NCBI GenBank assembly: GCA_018398765.1
Contig: JAHBMJ010000079.1
Location: 116,505-136,504 of the forward strand
Source: Chromera velia
Taxonomy: Eukaryota
DNA: 20,000 nt
Direction: 5' to 3'
The position numbers and the translations under genes were made by a program. Positions 1-9,601 of this stretch are shown piece by piece; the first letter of the stretch is position 1; each line of letters starts with the position of its first letter. The notes under the pieces were generated by a model, which saw only the letters and a program-made list of their open reading frames with translations, had not been told where the DNA came from and did no database searches.

Positions 1-665
1 TGAATGACACGCAATGGATTATCACTCTCTGCAAGTTCTCCACGGGATTTGTGCCCACTTTTGTCCTGCCTTCCTTGAGTCAAACGCTCCTCTTTCCTCC
101 TAGGTTTTCCCTCTTCGCAAATCTTCGCGTCGCTCCTCTCGTACTTGTGTGTCTCTGACTGCCTGGCCGTACACCCCTCCGTGCCTTGACAGCTATCTCT
201 TTCGTTTCCCTCTTTTTTTCAAGCCACCCAATTCTCACTCTGTTCTCTCTTTCCCCCCTTTCGCCAACAAACTAAGCGTCGCAAATTGGAGTGGAGTAAG
301 CAGTGTTGCAAGCTTCCTGTTGTGGTTGCTGAGGCGCTCCTGCTGCCCCTCTCGCTTGTTCTTCCCATCTCTGCATGTGTGTCAGGCTGCTCCCCCTGAT
401 TTGCCGTTCTGTGAACACTCCGAGACATGTCTCCCTGCATTTGGCTCTTTTCGTTTCGATCTGTCCTCTGCTTCCTGCTTCCCTCAACTTTTCTCTCTCT
501 CTTGAAGCACGACGGCTTCTTGTTTCCATCCATGCACGGCTGTTCTCTATCGATTGGTCTACTCTTTCTATTTTCACGCCTCCTGTTGTTGTGCGTACCT
601 TCGTCCCGTGCATCGTTCTCTGCTTCTCTCACCCTCCCATCCTCCCTTTAATTCCTTTTTTGCAG

Positions 666-2042
666 GGCCTATCGGTCTTCGGGTGCTTGCAGTCATTGGT
701 CAGGAGGGGGCACTAGACCCATACATACGTACAGAAAGACAGGAAGACAGACAGACAGACAGGCAGACAGACGGACAGACAGAAAGACGGAAAGACGGGC
801 AGACAGACAGACGGAAAGACAGACAGACAGAAAGACAGACAGACAGACAGACAGAAAGACACAAAGACAGAACCTTCCTTCCTTCGTTCCTTTGCACCAG
901 AATCAAATTCACACACAAGCAGACGGACAGACGGACGTAAAGGATCGAAGACACACAGAGAGGAAGAGAAAGGGAGAGAGAAAGGGACCAACAGAGACAC
1001 ACACAGACGTGTTCTCACGTCCAGATGCTGTCATTCTTTCCCTTCCCGCTCGCAGCAATCCGCCCACTTTCTTCCCTGCGCTTGCTTACCCACGTCCTTT
1101 CATGCACACACACACACACACACACACACCCACACACACACATACACACACACACACGCATACACACGCATGCATGCAAAAACAGACACGAACGTAAATG
1201 CACACAAACACCACCACTATTCATTCGTACCATACATACATGGGTGAATGGATGGATGCAGGTGGATTTGCTCTCTGCGTGGTGGCTGTCCTCGATTTAT
1301 TGTCATTCTTCGGCATCCTCTTTGACCTCACGGGGAAGATCATGCATGTCTACCTGCTGTCAGTAGCTGGGCTGAAGGAAGGACTTTTTACTTTTCTTCT
1401 GCGCACACCGGTGCCAGGGCAGATGTGATCGTTTGTAGTGGTAAAACGAAGTCCGTCATCTCGGTAATGTTCATTCCACCTGTCTATCTGCCTCTATCGT
1501 TTTTGCGCTCACCTTGCACCCCCTCCTATCGTCCCATACTTGCTTCTCTCTACACATATGCATGCAAACCAGAAGGAAATAAAAGGGGAAGGGGGAAATG
1601 GACGGATCGAAGCCATCGCATGTGTCGCACTCAGACAGTCGGTGGTCAAAGCCTGTCCGAAAGAGATCCATGCAGACGGACTCCGTCCGCTTTGGCTCGC
1701 GGGTGGCGTGTGCCTCAGCAGAGGGTGGCTCGTCAATCAAGCTTGCCTACAGCTGAATCTTGTCATTGATGCTTCCCCTCTCTGTTCCTCTTGCAAGACC
1801 AACTCCCTGTCTTGTTTTGTCGTCTCACTCGCTGAAAGTCTATCCCTCCGCCCTCCCTTCCCTAGCTTCCTTCCTATACATCCATCCATCCCATCCCTCC
1901 AACCAACTGCATGCTTCTGTTTCATTCATTGCGGTTTCTTCCCTTGATTTCGTTTCTTTTGCCTTCTTGTTCTCGCTCACGAATGCCCTGCTCTTGCTCC
2001 TTCCTTCATTTGGCTTTCTTTCTTTCTTTCTTTCTTTGTTTG

Positions 2043-2084
<42 letters not shown>

Positions 2085-3017
2085 GGACTGCATATGTAGA
2101 GGCAAAAGTGTTTTGCTGTTCTCTTTATTCTTCGCTTTGCTTCTTCTCTCTCTGTTTTCATACAAACAGGCTGGGGGGTCTCTGCGTGCTCTGCTTCGAG
2201 GCAGTCGACCTTCCCTGCTCCTGTCTGACGACGTTACGGGAATACCTGGAGGTCTGGGCCCGGTTTCTGACCGTCTCGGGGGGCAGAGGGCTGTTCTACG
2301 TGTTTCTTGGTCAGTCAGTCAGTCAGTCAGTCAGTCTGTGAATTGAATTCACCCAATCGAGCGGTGGGCTGCCGCCTTTTTTTTGTCTTGCCTCTTGAAT
2401 GAATGTTTTTCTCTTTTTTCCTGCCAAGAAATGGATCTGTTTTTTGTTTTCTTCCAGCCAGCGAGTCTATTTTGCATTTCTTTGCTTCGAGTCTATTCTG
2501 CGACCTCGATGCCGCATGGAGTGGTCGGAAAGGGGAGAGGAATCGATCCTTCGAGGTGACCATTGGAATCCTTTTGCGTGCGCTTTTCCCCCTTCAACAG
2601 TGTGTGTGTCTGCTCTGTTGTGATGGTTGGTCTTTCTTTCTTCCCAGTCCCTCTCGAAGGGTACGTCCGGATGAATCGGGGGGGGGGGCTGTTGAAGGTA
2701 ACCCGGAGAGGTTGCAGGATGCACGCGTAGTAGGTGCATTGATTGCATCTATCGGTGTGTCTGTCTGAACATGCAGATCGAGGCGGATTTGCATGTTTGT
2801 TGGAGCGTCGATTTGCCCTCTTCCCATCGCACATCCATCCCTTCATCCATACATACATACATAGAGGAAGGACCCAACCCTTAAGTGCCTGGATTGATGC
2901 GGGGAGAACGTGTGCGTGGCTTGCTTGTCTCTCTCTGGTTTTGTTTGTCTCTCCATCTTGGGGGGGCTCAAAGGCTCTGAGAGGATTCCTGTACTTGCAC
3001 CGTGGATCTCTCTCTCC

Positions 3018-3050
<33 letters not shown>

Positions 3051-3958
3051 TTTGTGTGCGTGTGTGTGTGCGTGCAGGTGTGTTCTCGTTCGCCTGCTCC
3101 AGTTGGCTGGATAAAATCGTTGGTGGGTCCCTCTTTGCTCTTTCCTTTTTCAAGACGGGAGATGACTCTTTCTGTCTGCCTGTGTCGTTCTCACGTCTTC
3201 TTTCATCGTCGCGAGCCATCTTTCCCTTATGTATTTTGGAGCCAAGATTTTCTTGGCTGCGTATTGTGTGCGCACGCAGGTTTGTACATGCTCGCGGTGG
3301 GCGTTGTCATCTGCATCCAGCAGCTCGTGCACCTCCAGAAGATCAAGAGCGAAGTCAGCCGATCAGCTTCGATTCATCTTTCCTTGTCACCCCCAGCAGA
3401 AAGAGAGCAAAGTCAGGCAGCTTGCTTCCTGCCTTATTGTCAAAAGCATCGATGAAATTTGCCAGCACATTGAGCGATCGTCTGGAAGAAAGGAAGGAAG
3501 GGAGGGAAACGCATGTGAACTGAAATGCACTCAGGTCTTTTTCGGAGCCTTTGATTCCTTCCTTCCTTTCTATCGACCTGCTTCCTCGATCATGAGTGAA
3601 TGAAGGAATGAATGAATGAATGCGAACGAACACACGAGCTTTCCGTTCATGCTGCATGTCCACTCACTGCGTTGGTGTCTCTTTCCTGAATTTGATCGCT
3701 GACTCGGACAGACAGGCTCGCTGATGCAGTGTGGAGCTGTCTCTCTGTCGACGGGCAGGGAGAGAACCAACTGAGCAAGCCTGCCTGAACGTGTTTACCG
3801 TCTAAGCAGTCTCCTTGCCGCGCCTTCCCTTCATACAATCAGCCATTCACTCTGCTACTTCACTCCCTCACTGAGCGAGTTGCCTCTCTTATTCCCTCCC
3901 TCCCTGCTTCCCTGCCTGCCTGCCTGCAGGACCCCCTCGGAGGCACAACGGTCCAACC

Positions 3959-3962
<4 letters not shown>
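666..3962 (+). CDS. Spliced gene, 5'-incomplete; small multi-pass membrane protein resembling COPI-associated/Golgi membrane (Tvp15-like) proteins. Exons 666-698, 1262-1358, 2170-2309, 3078-3122, 3280-3353, 3930-3962
   Basis: All five introns are GT..AG with consistent phases (1,2,1,1,0). The joined product reads xPIGLRVLAVIGGFALCVVAVLDLLSFFGILFDLTGKIMHVYLLLGGLCVLCFEAVDLPCSCLTTLREYLEVWARFLTVSGGRGLFYVFLGVFSFACSSWLDKIVGLYMLAVGVVICIQQLVHLQKIKSEDPLGGTTVQP*. It has about four hydrophobic segments and the FLxxxxGRGLFYVFLG motif typical of this family. The start exon was not identified. Confidence 0.85.
731..870. repeat. Intronic (GACA)n-type microsatellite, imperfect
   Basis: acagaaagacaggaagacagacagacagac... 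tandem tetranucleotides. Confidence 0.9.
1105..1170. repeat. Intronic (CA)n microsatellite
   Basis: Run of cacacaca with occasional interruptions. Confidence 0.9.
2015..2083. repeat. Intronic (TTTC)n microsatellite
   Basis: tttctttctttc tandem units. Confidence 0.9.
3007..3072. repeat. Compound (CT)n(GT)n microsatellite directly before a splice acceptor
   Basis: ctctctct...gtgtgtgtg...cgtgcag. Confidence 0.9.

Positions 3963-3987
<25 letters not shown>
3961..3987. repeat. (GA)n microsatellite overlapping the stop codon / start of the 3' UTR
   Basis: The TGA stop runs into gagagagag... Confidence 0.9.
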
Positions 3988-3991
<4 letters not shown>

Positions 3992-4943
3992 GGCCGATTG
4001 GTGGGAGGGAGGGCAGACGTGGAGATCAAGGGGTCGACGTATTTTCTTTTTTCTCTCTCCCCCTCTCTCTCTGTCCTCTTTTTCTTTCCAGAGTGAAGTG
4101 AAAGTTAGAAAGAGGCCTGAGGGGTGGGTGGAAATCGCGAAAGGGAGAACGAGAGCAAAGACTGAAGGAAGAAAGTGAAACGACGAGGGAGCGCGCAGCC
4201 ATTCCTCATGCATGCAACAGAAGAGAACCCCACAGCCAAGGAGGGCAGTGCGTGAGGAGAGGGAAGTAGGGCTCTCTTCAACTGTTTGATCACCTCCAAT
4301 CTTCTTTCCTGCCCGCCCTTTGTTATTTTTTTCGATTTCAGGCGATCTTGTCGATTTAATTGTTGACATGATATGGTTGTAAAGAGTGCCCTGCATGCCG
4401 TCAGATGACGGCTGGGCAGGCTGGAAAGTCTGCTTGGATGATGGAATCTCAGATGGATTGAATTTGTCAGCACGTGTACAGAGTAATTCGCTTCGTTTGT
4501 TTGCTTCCCCTGCATAAAGATCCTTAAAGATTTGCCGACCCGACCCGTTCATGCAAGCATTGACTCATTTGCCAATTAAGTTTACTGACTCATCTTTGAA
4601 TGCTACAAAATGATGAGCATTCTAGCTGCCATGCATTTGCCCTCACTTGTTTTTTTACCGTGCATTAGCTTCTGCAGCCTCCCGTGTTTTCTCCTCGATC
4701 CCGGTCAAACTCGTCTCTGATGTGCATGAGAAAATTTATCTTCTGCATGCCTGGATGGGTTTGAAGAAGAAAGATGCTGATCGCCGCGACCTGTTGTTGC
4801 CTTGCTGCTGTTGCTGCAGGAAGCCAAAAAACATAATCAGCACGTTTAGTTTAGCTATAGTAACGCTAGATAAAACCTTTTATTAGGATAAGATAGGATA
4901 GGATTTATGTTTCGACAGTTTCGGGTGCCCCCCGCGGTTCACT

Positions 4944-6150
4944 TAGTGACCATGTTTGATTTGATTTGATTTGAGCTTCAACCTCAAATATTTGATATTT
5001 GAGGTAAGATTTGAGGTTAACTTCTTAGGGTTCCTCACTGAGTCACTGACTTACTGTCACTCTGATCATTTTTCTCATGACAATAGTTATCAGAACATTT
5101 CTGATATGTGTTTCAAAAATTTAAAAATATATATATATAATTATAACTTATCAGTTCCGTAAAAAAAATATGCCTGTGTGGCAGTGTATATACACTAGTC
5201 ACTGAGACTCACTCTAGTACTAGTAGAGATTAAGAACGTAAAATTGATAGATTTGAAATTGTATATGACTTTTTGTTGATACGATAAAGTTAGAGCACAT
5301 ACCAAAATTGAGGTGACAATCACTCAGCTTTATGGCACTTTTCGGGATCCAAAAAGGAGGCTGAATCCATCTCAAAGTTCTCTGTCAGCCAATGGATTGT
5401 AATCGCCAGGAACCCTGACTTTCCTGAATACGACAACATGTCGAGGGTGATCGACACTCGTCAGGTCGCTGCTTTTCTCAACCTGTCTTTGATTGACAGA
5501 ATAATCTCGTTCTTCAGTGTTGGGAGCAGAAGTCTCTGCACCTTCCTCACAGACAAGAGATCGTAGCGGGGGTCCAGTGCCTTCACCAGCTTTCGCAATG
5601 CCTCGTTTTCTGTGAGATGAGGCCAGCCAGCACTGGCCAGAAAGTCAGTGATCAGCATATCGCACTTGATTCTCTTCTCATGCATCTCTGCATATGGTGC
5701 GACCACGGCTTCTGCTTCATCTTTGGTGGGGAAAAACGTTCGCACGTTAGGCTGCTTTGTCCCCCCCGCCCCCTCCAACCGCTTCTCCTGTCTTTTTTGG
5801 AGCAGCTACACATGTTTGTCAGACGTGATCGTTAAGCCATGCTGATTGATGAGGTGGGTTTGAAAAGAACTGGTTGCCGCTGCTGCATAATCACAGCCAC
5901 AAATAGTTTCTCCTTCCCCCTCGGCAAACTATCAAGATTTAGGTTTTTTCATTTGAATCAGCATGCGTGACGGATCGGTACTTACAAAAAAATTTTCAGG
6001 ACCTTCATATTTGAGGTTGAAAGTCATATTGATCAAATATTTGATCATATTTGATAGGTCTTTAAACACTAAGTCCTCCCTGACTGGATATTTGATTTGA
6101 GCTTAAGCCCTACCTTAAATCAAATCAAATCAAATCAAACATGATCACTA
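4944..6150 (-). mobile_element. Non-autonomous (internally deleted) hAT DNA transposon, 1207 bp
   Basis: 31-bp TIRs: TAGTGACCATGTTTGATTTGATTTGATTTGA (4944-4974) and its reverse complement at 6120-6150, one mismatch. Perfect 8-bp TSD GGTTCACT (4936-4943, 6151-6158). ATTTGA/TCAAAT subterminal repeats. Internal transposase fragment. Confidence 0.95.
5350..5928 (-). pseudogene. hAT transposase fragment: BED zinc-finger end through the first catalytic Asp
   Basis: One frame reads ..ICGCDYAAAATSSFQTHLINQHG (BED-like) ..ENEALRKLVKALDPRYDLLS.. *RVSITLDMLSYSGKSGFLAITIHWLTENFEM (hAT SxTxDxW..FLxxTxHW motif). In-frame stops at 5808-5806 (TAG) and 5463-5461 (TGA). The C-terminal majority is missing. A possible GTAAG..TAG intron lies at 5985-5929. 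Confidence 0.9.
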
Positions 6151-6553
6151 GGTTCACTGCCCAGAAAAAGCTTATACCGTAGTAAAATACTAACAGTAAG
6201 TACTATAAGACTATTATAAGTAAGTAAGTAAGTTATATACTATAGTCCTATATAGATCGTTCATAATACAGTCCGTTCCTATAATTATATGATCGACGAT
6301 GGTTGATCGTTCATAACTTGAACATAGGTGCCCCAAATGTCCGGTTTGGAACTCCAAACGCATTTTGGAGATCTCTACAACACTAGCTAATAGCTATAAT
6401 ACCAAACCATCTCTATTATATTAGGGCAGTGGTAGGCAGTGACCAAAAAACAATGAGAAACTAGATAAGAAAAAAGTTTAAAAAACATAGTGTAATCATT
6501 TCACATTGTAATACTATATTAGAATGATATACTGCAGTGTTATAACTACAGCT

Positions 6554-8779
6554 TTAACTTTGCGCTACCAGGCAGCCCTCAGCGATCTTTACCATTCGAG
6601 CCCTCATGTACTTGCTGTCCCTTCCGTCGATATGCACAACCAAAATGCCCTTCTGTGCCCAGTCGTTCTGGGTCTCTCCCTCACTCACATGCTTTTTTTC
6701 TATGCATTCTTCTGTTTCCACCCGGCCCTGGATCCTTGAAGGGCCGTCTCGGTGCTCGTCGGGCACATGGGAAGGCCCCGGTACCTCTGTAGGTATCTCT
6801 ATGCTGTGAATGGGAGAATTATCCGTTTCTTCTTCTGATTTTTTCTCTCGAGAACTTTTCTCTTTCTCTTCCAAATCCCCCTCAACCGTCACTCCCCTCT
6901 CTCTATTCGCTGCCTCTAAAGCTTCCCTCCCTTTCTCTTCGTCTGTCAATGACCCTTCTATGGTACAGGATTCAATTCCAATGGTGGTTGTCCATTCAAC
7001 CTCCCTTTCCGGGTTTTCTTCTGCAACTGCAACCGAGGACTCCTCATCTTTCATCGACAGCAGAGGCGGCCTGTTAGAGGACAAAGGGGAACGCCTGTCG
7101 TTGACTTTTTCCATTTCCGAAGGCAAAGCTGGCTGAGACAAGATCCATGTGCCATACCGTCTGTGCGCGTCTTGGAGCTTTTTGGAAATTTCGACCATAA
7201 CGTCTTCTCTTGTCTCCTCGCTGTTTTGGGTCTCAGGCAGTTGTTCACTTTTTGGCCCTTCCTCTTTCCTCACTTGCCTCTCGTTCTCTTTTCCTTTCGG
7301 CAATACCCCAGCCAGCCTCAACTCGTGAAGCTGTCTCTGCCCCAGCTTGTCCTCGATGAATCCCCCTTTTTCAATTGTGCCGCCCCACTTCTGTTGGCTG
7401 TCAGGGGCGAACACAAAGTCTCTGTAAAACTCCAGGGAGGCGAAATGAGTCGAATCCAGAAAATGAAGCAACGGTCGAAGATGAAAACCCGTTTCTGCAA
7501 TTCCATCAAGACCGTCTCTAACAAAATCCCATGCCCTCTTGCTGAAATCGGGAACTAAAATGTCCTTGCTATGCAAACCACCTGAGCCTCCCCCTGCCAT
7601 CCCCACTACACATGTCCTCTTACTGCCCAAATTGAATCTCCCCACTACTCTTTCAAGGTGCCCAAGCATCGATCGATTCAAACAATTCACCACCTTCACT
7701 TCCTCCTGCCGTGTCTGCATCACTCGAAGGAGATCCCTCAAGGAGAACGGCCGGACAAACGGCCTGTCGTGTTGCACAACGGCCACAAAGGGAGTGCGGA
7801 CAAAGCGCAGTGCCGCCTTCAATGCCAAAGCAAACCCATGCCAACCCTCCAACTTAAGCACACTCGCACCTGCTGGGAACCGCTTACTCTTGTAGAAGGT
7901 CACTGCAGCTGCGGGCCGATCCTCCGCCTTACTCTGGAGATGAGACCCGAATTCCGATGTTCCCTCCCGTATCATTTCGGAAGAATGCCCCCCAACCCCA
8001 ACCGTGTTGCTTGTCTCCTCTCCATCCTCTCTACCCTTCCCTTCCCCCCCCCTTCCCTGTCTCTGAACAGAGCCCTGAATAGGGTACTCAAGCTCAAAAC
8101 TGTCCGCAGCCTCCTTTGAGACCAACTCAACCAGACGGCGGGTGTATTCGAGGTACGCCTGTTTCCCCTCCTCCCCCGGCACAAGTGCCCGTCTGTAACA
8201 GTACTTGAACCGATCTTGCTCCTGCACCCCTCCCTCTCGGCCTGTCTCTGCAAATTTCCCTTTCACAGAATTCGCTTCCCTCTCCTCAGGCACGCTAGCT
8301 TTCGTCTTTTTCCTCTTTTTTTTTTCCTTCGGGGGATCTGCAGGTCCCCCCACTTTGCAATCGTCGCACACGATCAGAAGGGGGGCACTGAGAAGACCGG
8401 GCACAAAACGGAAAGAGGCCAAGACCCCCTCAATCATTTCGGTAGACGGATCCGAGGCTGTGGCCGAAGTTGTGAGCACAGTCGTCAGAAGAGGAGAGAG
8501 GACGGGCTCGGGATCCTCGAGGAACTCTGGCAACGGCTGGACACGCCGGTGCCCCTCCATTTGGGCTGCAATCAAGCGGCTGTACTCATCGAGAGTCGCA
8601 CCGACAGGAGGGCAAGGAAGAGAAGAAGAGACGGAGACGGGAGCCGCGGAGGCTTCAGAGTCGAACAACATGGTCTTTGATTGTGGCGCGGCTGTGTGCC
8701 GTCCGGAAAGCATATTCGTCAGTTGGGAGCTCGAGAAGAGAGGTGTATGATGGAGTCCGTGGGCATGTATGGGCAACAA
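6554..8779 (-). CDS. Intronless 741-aa uncharacterised protein, probable GT-A fold (glycosyltransferase-like) with low-complexity insertions
   Basis: Long open frame with globular blocks TTVLTTSATASDPSTEMIEGVLASF, LLIVCDD, HGFALALKAALRFVRTPFVAVVQHDRPF (resembles the GT2-like G..A...al....t.y....xD segment), FLDSTHFASLEFYRDFVF, GGFIEDKLG, HRRYGTW and VVHIDGR. The true start may be a downstream Met. Confidence 0.75.
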   Translation of the reverse strand: MLPIHAHGLHHTPLFSSSQLTNMLSGRHTAAPQSKTMLFDSEASAAPVSVSSSLPCPPVGATLDEYSRLIAAQMEGHRRVQPLPEFLEDPEPVLSPLLTTVLTTSATASDPSTEMIEGVLASFRFVPGLLSAPLLIVCDDCKVGGPADPPKEKKKRKKTKASVPEEREANSVKGKFAETGREGGVQEQDRFKYCYRRALVPGEEGKQAYLEYTRRLVELVSKEAADSFELEYPIQGSVQRQGRGGEGKGREDGEETSNTVGVGGHSSEMIREGTSEFGSHLQSKAEDRPAAAVTFYKSKRFPAGASVLKLEGWHGFALALKAALRFVRTPFVAVVQHDRPFVRPFSLRDLLRVMQTRQEEVKVVNCLNRSMLGHLERVVGRFNLGSKRTCVVGMAGGGSGGLHSKDILVPDFSKRAWDFVRDGLDGIAETGFHLRPLLHFLDSTHFASLEFYRDFVFAPDSQQKWGGTIEKGGFIEDKLGQRQLHELRLAGVLPKGKENERQVRKEEGPKSEQLPETQNSEETREDVMVEISKKLQDAHRRYGTWILSQPALPSEMEKVNDRRSPLSSNRPPLLSMKDEESSVAVAEENPEREVEWTTTIGIESCTIEGSLTDEEKGREALEAANRERGVTVEGDLEEKEKSSREKKSEEETDNSPIHSIEIPTEVPGPSHVPDEHRDGPSRIQGRVETEECIEKKHVSEGETQNDWAQKGILVVHIDGRDSKYMRARMVKIAEGCLVAQS

Positions 8780-9340
8780 AGATCGACAAAGAAGATTAGT
8801 ATTACGACATATATATGGTGGACAGATGGTGGACAGAATTCAAATCGATCGCCTCGGGGGGCAGCTCAGCTCTGCTGAGATCAGCCGAGAGGCCCTGAGA
8901 TCGCACGCACTCGCATAACGCATTTTTTTTTTCATTTTGGGGGGGGGGATTCCGGTTCTGTCTCTGTCACGGTCCAAAATGTGCCCCTCAAGCAACTCGC
9001 ACGGAGCCGCGATCGCGCGTGCCTTATACTTACTTTGCGCATGCGTGCCCCTCAAGTGTAACTCGCACGGAGTTGCACATGCATATACGACGCGCGCGGT
9101 CCCGAAAAGCATATACTGCCGTGGCCCCCGCCCCATGGCAGCACACAAGACATGCCTAAGCCCCCGATGGTGCGCACCAATCAAATATGAGCGGACCCCC
9201 TAAATGGCCCCCCGAGGCACTCACCCAACTGGTTGGGTGTATCCCGTTAATTATATAGGTGAATTTCTAGAAATGCTCCTGCGGAGCATGCCGTGGCCCT
9301 GGTGCCAAAGGACCACTGGTCCAGCGGGATCTACGTTTCC

Positions 9341-9408
9341 TGCATGGCCCCCATGCATATGCATGTGCATGCATGCAATATATTATGCATGCATGCATGC
9401 ATGCATGC
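9341..9408. promoter_or_regulatory. Cluster of TGCATGCA/(ATGC)n motifs in the divergent intergenic region; candidate ApiAP2-type sites
   Basis: atgcatatgcatgtgcatgcatgca...atgcatgcatgcatgcatgcatgc, located between head-to-head genes. TGCATGCA is an established AP2-domain motif in apicomplexans. Function here is inferred. Confidence 0.45.
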
Positions 9409-9601
9409 TTTAATTGCTTTTTCTTTTTTCAGTTTCCTGCATGTGTCACTTTTGAACACTTTCGGACAAGAGAGGTCGTGACTGCAAACGGCGAAGAAAG
9501 CATTCCGTGCAGACCGACCGGAATGGCATTCTGGTCCTGTGAGTTGGCACGCAAGATCGGTTAATCCACTCCGCTTCTTGGTCTATATTAAACGAGTGAA
9601 A

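Noticed and set aside
388..412. Possible upstream exon (AAPPDLPF) of the first gene
   Set aside because: Splice signals are weak and there is no family resemblance. The true first exon may lie outside the window.
149..4552. Numerous short ORFs on both strands (e.g. 554-940, 1760-2341, 3860-4552)
   Set aside because: They are microsatellite or low-complexity read-through, or exons plus intron flanks. The spliced model explains the coding signal.
9222..9270. Helitron 3' end (hairpin + CTAG)
   Set aside because: The nearest CTAG is ~27 nt from the hairpin, is not followed by T, and no 5' TC end could be defined.
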